A DNA stretch of 64,000 nucleotides from Escherichia phage vB_ESM-pEJ01: sequence record OP114734.1. One strand, 5' to 3'. Below the pieces are notes generated by a model. The model had not been told where the DNA came from. It was given only the letters and a program-made list of their open reading frames with translations, and did not search any database. This document shows positions 56,146 through 63,593 of the stretch, in pieces; positions within the stretch are counted from its first letter, which is position 1; each line of letters starts with the position of its first letter. A program made the position numbers and the translations under genes.

Positions 56146-56348
56146 TTACATTTAGGGCAATGCGGTTCTTTAATATAATACCCGTCTGTCTTTGGAACAC
56201 TAACAGGAGCGGTTTTTATATTGTATTCGGTGAAACAACGAAAACAAGTTACGTTTTCTACAGACTGACGTTTCACCCAATAACCGGAATAGAGGTCATT
56301 TTTATTTGTCATATTCCACCACCACAATGTTAATGTCTGGAGTAGCAA
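56118..56348 (-). CDS. hypothetical zinc-ribbon protein
   Basis: CFRC ... CPKCKC; start probably MTNKND. Confidence 0.4.
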   Translation of the reverse strand: MLLQTLTLWWWNMTNKNDLYSGYWVKRQSVENVTCFRCFTEYNIKTAPVSVPKTDGYYIKEPHCPKCKCRLYWSHL

Positions 56349-56757
56349 TATTAATGATTTCTTCTACACATTCCAACTCAAGGCCACCGATACCGCAACC
56401 GATTTTAGGGATATAGAAAGGCTGTATAGCACCTTCAAAAACATCATTGAGAGTCTCAAATCCTTTCAGGATAGCACCATATTCAGCATTTGGACCCGGT
56501 CGGAATTGGGTATAGAGATTCACCCCGCACCAGTTATAACCATTAACTTGATGCGTCCAGACACTAAACCCACCCAACTTTTCTACCTTACCGCGAGAAG
56601 TTTGCTTGTCAATCTCTAACGCTTGCGGGAACTCTTTCGCGATATCCGCAGCAATACCAGCGCCCATAGTATGAAAACAATTACAACCATGAATTAAATG
56701 ACCGTTTCCTTGTTTAAACAGGGCGATGAGATCGCCCTTTACAGTATCAATAATCAT
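56302..56757 (-). CDS. macro-domain protein (ADP-ribose binding/hydrolase fold)
   Basis: HGCNCFHTMGAGIAADIA and IPKIGCGIGGL match the two glycine-rich ADP-ribose-binding loops of macro domains; 151 aa. Confidence 0.65.
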   Translation of the reverse strand: MIIDTVKGDLIALFKQGNGHLIHGCNCFHTMGAGIAADIAKEFPQALEIDKQTSRGKVEKLGGFSVWTHQVNGYNWCGVNLYTQFRPGPNAEYGAILKGFETLNDVFEGAIQPFYIPKIGCGIGGLELECVEEIINIATPDINIVVVEYDK

Positions 56758-56772
56758 AATATAAACCTCTCA

Positions 56773-57132
56773 TTAGTCACGGGAAGACAACCCAGCCATA
56801 AAACGGCTTAACAGTGTGTCGCGATAAGCAAAGCATAATTGCTTATCAGGGGCAGTATCACACAGGTTACGTTTTGTTTTAGCAAAGCTGGCAATACTCA
56901 GATCCCACGCTCGATTTTTTCGTTTTTCGTCTCGACCTTGTTTGTATGCTTCATCAAGTTCGAGCGCGATAAAATCACTACACATGTTATCATCATCACA
57001 GAAAGTTTTAATGATCTTTTTGTTGATCTCAAATCCTTTGTATTCGAACTTTGGATAAGGGCGCTCATTACTAGCAAGCGAACCAGCAGAGAACATCATA
57101 ACAATCATAGCAATTATTGTCAACTTTTTCAT
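56773..57132 (-). CDS. secreted/periplasmic hypothetical protein
   Basis: Signal peptide MKKLTIIAMIVMMFSAGSLA; 4 Cys. Confidence 0.45.
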   Translation of the reverse strand: MKKLTIIAMIVMMFSAGSLASNERPYPKFEYKGFEINKKIIKTFCDDDNMCSDFIALELDEAYKQGRDEKRKNRAWDLSIASFAKTKRNLCDTAPDKQLCFAYRDTLLSRFMAGLSSRD

Positions 57133-57139
57133 ATATTCC

Positions 57140-57730
57140 TCAATAGCGTTTAGTCTTAAGAATGCCTTTACTCTTTAGATGGTTAGCCTTTTTTAGTACG
57201 TCATCAGCATAACCTAATCCGGCTTTATAGTTCCATCCAGCATTGTAAGAAGCTAGCGCGAGTCGGATATTACCGTTTCGAACATCCAGCCAGTATGCTA
57301 ACTCATCCATCGCGTAGAATGCAGAAACCTCGCGATTCATGATAAAGTTGATAGTCTGGCGATCACTCATTTTAACACCGAGCTTTGCATTTTTCGCTTT
57401 CACCGTTTTAAGGTAATTTTGAAACAATCCATAAGCATGATGATTTTTCTTTGGTGCTAAGTTTGCACCCGCGCTTGATTCTTGCCATGCGATACCCGCC
57501 AGGATGTGGCCTAAACCCTTTCCGTTATAGCGAATATTCGGATGGTCCTTTTTCAACTTACCGCTTTTCTCGAATTGCTCGCCGTATTGATAGGCGAAAT
57601 GTAAATTATCTAGTTGGTGTGCTGTAAAGTTGTCTATCGGCGCTTTTTTGATCGGTGCGCTAGTCGATGCGTGTGTAGCACCAACGGCTAGTGACAGACT
57701 CAATACTATCGCTTTTAGAACTTTTAACAT
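57140..57730 (-). CDS. lytic transglycosylase (SLT domain) with N-terminal signal/SAR-like segment
   Basis: SLT motifs AWQESS, YGLFQ, SYNAGWNY; N-terminus MLKVLKAIVLSLSLAVGATHA rich in small residues. Confidence 0.6.
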   Translation of the reverse strand: MLKVLKAIVLSLSLAVGATHASTSAPIKKAPIDNFTAHQLDNLHFAYQYGEQFEKSGKLKKDHPNIRYNGKGLGHILAGIAWQESSAGANLAPKKNHHAYGLFQNYLKTVKAKNAKLGVKMSDRQTINFIMNREVSAFYAMDELAYWLDVRNGNIRLALASYNAGWNYKAGLGYADDVLKKANHLKSKGILKTKRY

Positions 57731-57815
57731 TAATTTCTCCTGTTTGGCTTAACTTTCTGATTCCATAATATAGCCCTATCACCAGAAAGTCAAGCATTAA
57801 TTTAACCAATTTCCA

Positions 57816-58238
57816 TTATTGGTCTACCTTCAAAACAACCGCCGACATTTTACCCGCCAGTCGTTTTGGATTCTCTATAATCATTCGGCAGCATAGACCG
57901 TGATATGGCTTACCCTCTTCGATTAGATCTACTGTCATCCCGATCCACATGTTACCATCAGTAATTTCTAATCGATTAGGTCGGTCTTCCATTTTCAGGA
58001 AGTCGAAGATCTCCGGCAAACGAGTTTCTATCTTATTGAATAGTTCCATTGTCTTATGTTCATCGATATGACGATCGGTTAGACGGTCGATCATATGCGG
58101 ACTAAAGCGAATGAAAATATACTCACCGTAACCATCATTCAAGCACTTTTCTTTGATCTGCGCATTGGTTTTGCGCATTTCGGTTTCGAAGAATCTACGC
58201 AGCTTACTACGGCGAACATGTACGTTAATTGTTTCCAT
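57816..58238 (-). CDS. regB: RegB-like sequence-specific endoribonuclease
   Basis: RLEITDGNMWIGMTV and LCCRMII..RLAGK parallel T4 RegB; start at METINV. Confidence 0.7.
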   Translation of the reverse strand: METINVHVRRSKLRRFFETEMRKTNAQIKEKCLNDGYGEYIFIRFSPHMIDRLTDRHIDEHKTMELFNKIETRLPEIFDFLKMEDRPNRLEITDGNMWIGMTVDLIEEGKPYHGLCCRMIIENPKRLAGKMSAVVLKVDQ

Positions 58239-58242
58239 TTTA

Positions 58243-58578
58243 TTATCCTTTCTTAAACAAATTGCGAAGCCAGTATACAAACGGGATTTCTTTAAACTTG
58301 AATTTCTCTATAGTTAATTCTTTAGTAGCAAGATGAATACCATAAGCATCATGTGTCACGATATGCCATTTTCTATAGTCCAAATGTGAACAACCGTCTG
58401 GATCTAGGTTAATAAGAGTTTCTCGCTCACTAGGATTATTTTTCCACAATTTTGTAATAGGATCGCACATAATTCGACCTAGCGTACCATGAATAATCTC
58501 ACAACGGTAAAGTTTTCCAGCAGTGAGATAGGCGCACCCGTCATAGTCGGTATAAACAAACACTTCTTTAACACTCAT
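58243..58578 (-). CDS. paralogous small protein (DGC.HL family, two repeats)
   Basis: YDGCAYL and DGCSHLDYRKW; start at MSVKEV after promoter 58607..58635. Confidence 0.45.
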   Translation of the reverse strand: MSVKEVFVYTDYDGCAYLTAGKLYRCEIIHGTLGRIMCDPITKLWKNNPSERETLINLDPDGCSHLDYRKWHIVTHDAYGIHLATKELTIEKFKFKEIPFVYWLRNLFKKG

Positions 58579-58606
58579 TTTAATACTCCTTTGTTTCGAT
58601 GGGGGT

Positions 58607-58635
58607 ATATTACTACCCCCGTTTTGTTGTGTCAA
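58607..58635 (-). promoter_or_regulatory. promoter cassette with GGGGGTA/TACCCCC hairpin over -10
   Basis: TTGACA 58635..58630, 17 nt, TAATAT 58612..58607. Confidence 0.55.
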
Positions 58636-58896
58636 CTACTTTTTCAAGATTTTTTTAATTGCGTTCCAAAGACCTTTATTCTCAGGTTGTTTTGGTTCTT
58701 CGATTAGTGTCCATGTTCGACCGTCTAAGTGTGCACAATTTTTAAGACAAATAAAAATCTGGTGTCCCTTATCATCACGGATATAACCACTATTCGCAAA
58801 TCTTTCATGTGGTGTATATTCATACAGTGTATTTGGTGTAATATACTTGCGGTTACTATAAGGTGTCATCACATACATCATGGTACTAACTCCCAT
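58636..58896 (-). CDS. paralogous small protein (DGC.HL family)
   Basis: YEYTP..GYIRDDKGHQIFICLKNCAHLDGRTW. Confidence 0.45.
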   Translation of the reverse strand: MGVSTMMYVMTPYSNRKYITPNTLYEYTPHERFANSGYIRDDKGHQIFICLKNCAHLDGRTWTLIEEPKQPENKGLWNAIKKILKK

Positions 58897-59072
58897 TTAT
58901 CACCGCGAAGATGAGAACATCCACCATCAAGAAGTATCGTAATACGATAACCTATATCATCTTTGATGTAACCGATTGTCGGTGGATTTTCGTCGTCTCG
59001 TGTCGGGGTAAAATCATACATCTTTCCGGGCGTAATATCTTGTCCTTTATTGCTATTGGTATAAACTTTCAT
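58878..59072 (-). CDS. paralogous small protein (DGC.HL family)
   Basis: YDFTP..GYIKDDIGYRITILLDGGCSHLRGDKW. Confidence 0.45.
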   Translation of the reverse strand: MKVYTNSNKGQDITPGKMYDFTPTRDDENPPTIGYIKDDIGYRITILLDGGCSHLRGDKWELVP

Positions 59073-59093
59073 TTTCTTAATCTCCTATATTAA

Positions 59094-59792
59094 CTAACCA
59101 CGGGTATAGTGTTCCAGAACAACTGTCAGATGAATATATTCTAATAGATCTTTCCAAAAGTCAACATCTGGTTCTTCCGGCATACCGTTTTTCTTTGCCT
59201 CTTCACGCGCGAGTTTAACACGTTCGTAGAGATCTTTCAATTCTTCCCGCACATTATCAAAGGTTCTTTCTCCTAACTTACACGCTAAAATAGAAGAACG
59301 TCGCGCGAGCGGGAATTGTAGATCACCTGTCTGATAGATTTCAAGTAGCTGATAACCAACACGCAGAGCATGAGAAAGATCTTTCCAGTTACTGAAATAC
59401 TTTTCAGATTTGGCTACCTGTTTCTTGAGATAACCAGACAAACCCCACATCCCAACATGATAGAATTTATCGCGATGTGTTCGGATGTATTCCCATTCTC
59501 TGGAGGATTCAATCAACATGTTACTAGGCGCGTGCACCATGTCAATAGCGCCGATATCACCTTTACATGCCAGATTGATAAACCGTTTTAGACTAAACAT
59601 ATTAACGTCAATATCGTCTTTGGTGTTCTTGATACCTTGACCGCTAGTGCTTTGGTCATAGTGTTCTTTCATCGATCCTAAGATAATTTCTTTCGCAGTC
59701 GGAACAAAGATACCACGATAATCTTTATCTGAATTTTCAGTATCAAGGCCGTATAAGTGAGATCCGAAGACCATTTTAACCATTGTATGCAT
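59094..59792 (-). CDS. Pol-beta superfamily nucleotidyltransferase (function unknown)
   Basis: N-terminal FGSHLYGLDTENSDKDYRGIF fits hG[GS]...DhD NTase motif; helical C-terminal domain. Confidence 0.5.
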   Translation of the reverse strand: MHTMVKMVFGSHLYGLDTENSDKDYRGIFVPTAKEIILGSMKEHYDQSTSGQGIKNTKDDIDVNMFSLKRFINLACKGDIGAIDMVHAPSNMLIESSREWEYIRTHRDKFYHVGMWGLSGYLKKQVAKSEKYFSNWKDLSHALRVGYQLLEIYQTGDLQFPLARRSSILACKLGERTFDNVREELKDLYERVKLAREEAKKNGMPEEPDVDFWKDLLEYIHLTVVLEHYTRG

Positions 59793-59810
59793 AATTAAAC
59801 CCTCAGTTGA

Positions 59811-60404
59811 TTAAACGTATTCAGCAACAACATTATGTTTAAAATTACCGCTCCTTTTTGGATTTGGATTTTTCAATCGACTATGTATTAAATTTTTGTT
59901 GTATCCGGTTGCTTTAGACGCTTCGCCAATACTTTGATAAACAACACCATTAACACGAATCGGACGAGACTTATTAAACAGTTTATTCAATCCGGCATCA
60001 TATGCATGGTTTTGGTTTTCTTGCCTCGTTGCGATCTCAAGATTCCAAACACAATTACAAGATTTTACCCCACTTTTATGATTAATTTCAAGACCTTCAC
60101 AATCACCTATAAAGTGTTCAGCAACTAGTCTATGAATATAGCGATATTTCTTACTTTCCCCATCATGCAAGCATACATTATAATAACCATCACCAGCGCG
60201 TTTAGGTCGGAGTAGTTTACCTTTAACACGTTTTATAGTAGGGAACTCACCAAATTGATTTCTCTGGATAAACGGAATCTCGCGGTCTAATGAACGGATT
60301 CGACCATAGTTAGACACTTGATAAAAACTTTCATATCCTTTAATTGGCTTCCATATCTCAGGGATTTCTACACCATCAATAACAACAAGTTTAAATTCTT
60401 CCAT
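59811..60404 (-). CDS. HNH homing endonuclease (NUMOD4-like N-terminus + HNH_3)
   Basis: YQVSNYGRIRSL; HRLVAEHFIGDCEGLEINHKSGVKSCNCVWNLEIATRQENQNH. Confidence 0.8.
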   Translation of the reverse strand: MEEFKLVVIDGVEIPEIWKPIKGYESFYQVSNYGRIRSLDREIPFIQRNQFGEFPTIKRVKGKLLRPKRAGDGYYNVCLHDGESKKYRYIHRLVAEHFIGDCEGLEINHKSGVKSCNCVWNLEIATRQENQNHAYDAGLNKLFNKSRPIRVNGVVYQSIGEASKATGYNKNLIHSRLKNPNPKRSGNFKHNVVAEYV

Positions 60405-60413
60405 ATTTCACCT

Positions 60414-60446
60414 CATAAAAATAAAGCCAACCCTTTCGGATTGGCT
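60414..60446 (-). terminator. rho-independent terminator after GrcA-like gene
   Basis: AGCCAATCC-gaaa-GGGTTGGCT hairpin followed by TTTATTTTTAT. Confidence 0.6.
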
Positions 60447-60452
60447 TGTTGA

Positions 60453-60866
60453 TTACATAGATTCCGTAAAGGTACGGGTGATAATATCAAGTTGTTGTTC
60501 GCGTGTCAAGGCGTTGAAGCGGGTAGCATAACCACTGATTCGAATTGTAAGCTGCGGGTACTTCTCAGGATGTTCAACCGCATCAAGAAGAGTCTCCCGA
60601 CGCAGTACATTCGCGTTGAGATGATGACCCGCGTTACTATTTACCCCGTTATCAATTGCTAAAGGACGGAAGCTAGTTGTGTGCAGTTCCAGCGAATCGA
60701 CGTCTTCTGCGGTGATCACATGATCTTCTGCGAAAGTTTTACTAACAATTACTTTAGCGCCGATCAGTGCTTTCGGTTCGGATACCAGAATCATAGGCGC
60801 GAAATGTCCACCGATAATAGTACCTTTATGCTCACCTTTCATGATTTGAATTGCTTTAAATTCCAT
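60453..60866 (-). CDS. autonomous glycyl radical cofactor (GrcA/YfiD-like, PFL C-terminal domain)
   Basis: C-terminus [44 protein letters not shown] is nearly the GrcA/PflB glycyl-radical signature (RVSGYAVRFNSLT..). Confidence 0.75.
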   Translation of the reverse strand: MEFKAIQIMKGEHKGTIIGGHFAPMILVSEPKALIGAKVIVSKTFAEDHVITAEDVDSLELHTTSFRPLAIDNGVNSNAGHHLNANVLRRETLLDAVEHPEKYPQLTIRISGYATRFNALTREQQLDIITRTFTESM

Positions 60867-60876
60867 AATTCACCTC

Positions 60877-61002
60877 TTATAGATCAGGACGTTCGTCATT
60901 AATTTTACCAACCAAAACCCCATAGAGTTTATCAGGTTGGACTTTACGATTCTTATTGATTGTAGCACGGAATCGACGAGCCACGCTATCTTTATTTTTC
61001 AT
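60877..61002 (-). CDS. possible basic 41-aa protein, translationally coupled (TAATG)
   Basis: MKNKDSVARRFRATINKNRKVQ...; start overlaps upstream stop; stop sits next to GrcA RBS. Confidence 0.3.
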   Translation of the reverse strand: MKNKDSVARRFRATINKNRKVQPDKLYGVLVGKINDERPDL

Positions 61003-61493
61003 TAGTTGATACCTAAGCCAATGAAAATAGGTTGGTCTTCTACATTACCCATCCCAACACTAAGTCGATTCAATTCTAAAAACTGCAATACGCTGTCAGT
61101 AAATCCGCGCATGGTAGTATCTAGGATAAAAATTGTTTTGTCAAGACTACGACCTCGCCATGTGATCGGATTCAGGAAAGTTCGGATAGACGTACAATCT
61201 ACATTTGAAATATTTACATTTTCACCGCGACCGCGATCTCGGATCGTTTTGGCATGTTCTCGCGTCGTTGAAACGATAAAGACACTATAGCCCTTTCGCG
61301 TATAATGGTCATATAACTTGATTGTAGCGTCTGTATGCCCTGTCTGACGGCCTAAATTGATTGAGACAATGGAATCTAGGTCATCAGCAAAATTGCGTCG
61401 CTTACGGCGTTCTATGATGCCATTTACGGCAGAAATACACGCAGCATAAATCAAATCTTTACTTTCTAATTCTAAATCAATGTCAATATTCAT
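61002..61493 (-). CDS. hypothetical protein (163 aa)
   Basis: ORF. Confidence 0.4.
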   Translation of the reverse strand: MNIDIDLELESKDLIYAACISAVNGIIERRKRRNFADDLDSIVSINLGRQTGHTDATIKLYDHYTRKGYSVFIVSTTREHAKTIRDRGRGENVNISNVDCTSIRTFLNPITWRGRSLDKTIFILDTTMRGFTDSVLQFLELNRLSVGMGNVEDQPIFIGLGIN

Positions 61494-61555
61494 GGTAAAG
61501 TCTCCAGTGAACGGGGAGAGATCCTTAGATTGTCTCCCCGTTGATGGTTAATATT

Positions 61556-62130
61556 TTATTTTGGATCTGGGAAATTCAATAGAGCATATTCTCCATAAAA
61601 TTTCCTAGCTGCATTATCATAAGCGATTGCAGCTTCGATTTCTGTGTCATATTGTCCAAGAACATGTCTTTGTAGGTTGACCATTATACTAGCTCTCCAT
61701 TTCTTACGCAAATCCTTCCTGTTACACTTACTAACACCCTTATACACACTAGAAAACTTTTAGACTTCTTCTTTCTATTATGTTGATTTTGCGCGTCGGT
61801 TGCCTCCATAAGATTTGGAGGATTGTTATTAGCAGGATTACCGTCAATATGATCAATTAATCTAACTTGCGTCCCATGTTCTAGAAACCAAACAACCCTA
61901 TGCACGAATAGATGAACTCTAGGAAGACCGTCATCTCTACTATGCCAAAATCTAAGATGACCATCTTTATTTGTTCTGACTTTAACTAAATCGCCGTGTT
62001 TATATCTACTCCCTAATGGTCGTCCTTTGATAGCTTTACTATCGACTCTATAATATAAGATACCCTCTATATGAGCATATCTAAGTTTTATCTCGTTTTG
62101 TAGGGATTCATCCCAATATTTAAAAGCCAT
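61556..62130 (-). pseudogene. HNH-AP2 homing endonuclease gene disrupted by frameshift
   Basis: HNH part (61684..62130, VHRVVWFLEHGTQVRLIDHIDGNPANNNPPNL) and AP2 part (61556..61747, YKGVSK..AAIAYDNAARKFYGEYA) lie in different frames and overlap by 64 nt; intact paralogue at 7976..8539. Confidence 0.6.
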
Positions 62131-62175
62131 TTTATAATCCTCACAAAGCCAGCGATTAAGCTGGCTTTATTTTAG

Positions 62176-62565
62176 TTATACCGGGTCTGGATATACCTTT
62201 TTATCGAGTTCCATATGCGGTCCGTCTTTAAAAGTAACCCAATCAACACCGCAGATAACAGGAACACCCAATTCTCGACCAGCTTGTTTAAATGCATCAG
62301 CGATCATGCGGTAATATTTCATGTTCCATGTATCCTTATCTTTCGGATACGCTACAACGTCAACCGCGAAACCGTGAAGATGACGAGATTTCATAGTCTT
62401 AGATTTACCTTCCGCAACATATTTCTTTTGCGTTTCTAGACTACGCACACCTTCCGTAATACCAAAATCGACCGGAGTCAGTTCTAATGCACGATGAACG
62501 ACTTTTACCAGGTCTGGATGTACACCAACAAGCCGATCTTTGCTTCTTTGAGATAATTTAAACAT
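62176..62565 (-). CDS. endolysin, L-alanyl-D-glutamate peptidase (peptidase M15-like)
   Basis: Zn-binding H/D/H arrangement SRHLHGFAVDV ... DGPHMEL typical of M15/VanY-type phage endolysins. Confidence 0.7.
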   Translation of the reverse strand: MFKLSQRSKDRLVGVHPDLVKVVHRALELTPVDFGITEGVRSLETQKKYVAEGKSKTMKSRHLHGFAVDVVAYPKDKDTWNMKYYRMIADAFKQAGRELGVPVICGVDWVTFKDGPHMELDKKVYPDPV

Positions 62566-62593
62566 TATTCACCCCCTTTGTGAGTGATAATAT

Positions 62594-62785
62594 TTAGATT
62601 CCTGTGATCCTGCATAGAGTTCTTGTATTAGCACCAATCAGGATCGCATTAACAGCAACCATTCCCCAATCAACCCACGGATCATTATAAATGCTAAATC
62701 CGTTTGCAAGACCAAATACAAGCATTCCGGTACACATACTCAGAGCAATAATCAACATCACGGTAAAACCAAATGCAAATCTCAT
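62594..62785 (-). CDS. small membrane protein (63 aa)
   Basis: Two hydrophobic helices. Confidence 0.4.
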   Translation of the reverse strand: MRFAFGFTVMLIIALSMCTGMLVFGLANGFSIYNDPWVDWGMVAVNAILIGANTRTLCRITGI

Positions 62786-62786
62786 A

Positions 62787-63053
62787 TTATTTTCCTTTTC
62801 TCTGTTTACGTTTATAAAAGTAATACATTACCTCATCTCGTCCGGTGACCCAACATGCTAGGGCGGTAAACAGGTTTACAATTCCCAACACACCTACGGA
62901 TGCGGCGCTATCAACAGACATAGGAACAGTAAAGGCCATAGCTAACATAGCAACGCCACAAATGACATTAAGCACCATTATAATAAGACCGAAGAAAACC
63001 ATTGTCAATCCTCCCAAATAAGAAAACCAACAATCACGCCAGTGATAAGACAT
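62787..63053 (-). CDS. small membrane protein
   Basis: Hydrophobic helices; C-terminal KRKQRKGK. Confidence 0.4.
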   Translation of the reverse strand: MSYHWRDCWFSYLGGLTMVFFGLIIMVLNVICGVAMLAMAFTVPMSVDSAASVGVLGIVNLFTALACWVTGRDEVMYYFYKRKQRKGK

Positions 63054-63196
63054 GATGCGCCGCTAATAAGACAACCCGCGCCAAGTGATTCCCACCAGAT
63101 CAGAGAAGCGACAATAACACAGAATCCCCATACTACCGCAATCACAACATAGGCAAGGGTCGCCCAAAACATATATTTGTTCATAATAAATCCCAT
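63005..63196 (-). CDS. small membrane protein (63 aa)
   Basis: Two TM helices; resembles neighbour 63181..63369. Confidence 0.4.
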   Translation of the reverse strand: MGFIMNKYMFWATLAYVVIAVVWGFCVIVASLIWWESLGAGCLISGASCLITGVIVGFLIWED

Positions 63197-63369
63197 TCAC
63201 CAAACAAATAAGAAAAAAGCCATATCAACAGAAACGAGGCAATTGATCCGGCAAGCAAAATGATATTAGAGAATCCGCCGTCTATCCAGGCGACAAAACA
63301 GAATACGCCAGTATAGAAGCATAAACCCAGTACAAAGCATACTATAAGCAACCATAGACAAAACGCCAT
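63181..63369 (-). CDS. small membrane protein (62 aa)
   Basis: Two TM helices. Confidence 0.4.
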   Translation of the reverse strand: MAFCLWLLIVCFVLGLCFYTGVFCFVAWIDGGFSNIILLAGSIASFLLIWLFSYLFGEWDLL

Positions 63370-63593
63370 AGAAAGCCCTCCAGTGAGCTAATTTAGTGCG
63401 GGTAGTACATTACCCTACCCGTATTGTTAATCATCGCAGAGCTTCTTCTAGCGCGATCCAAAACCATCCACAAACAACGCCCATACAGACAGCTACAAGA
63501 AGATTCATTCTCTCTTTAGGGATCATTGCAATCATAACAACAACCATACAGAAAGCCACATTACCATTGAAGTTAACATTTGTTCAACCATTA

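Noticed and set aside
7953-58635. Possibility that the repeated GGGAG..CTCCC hairpins are a CRISPR array
   Set aside because: Repeats are not regularly spaced, are separated by whole genes, and each is embedded in promoter -35/-10 elements; no cas genes present.
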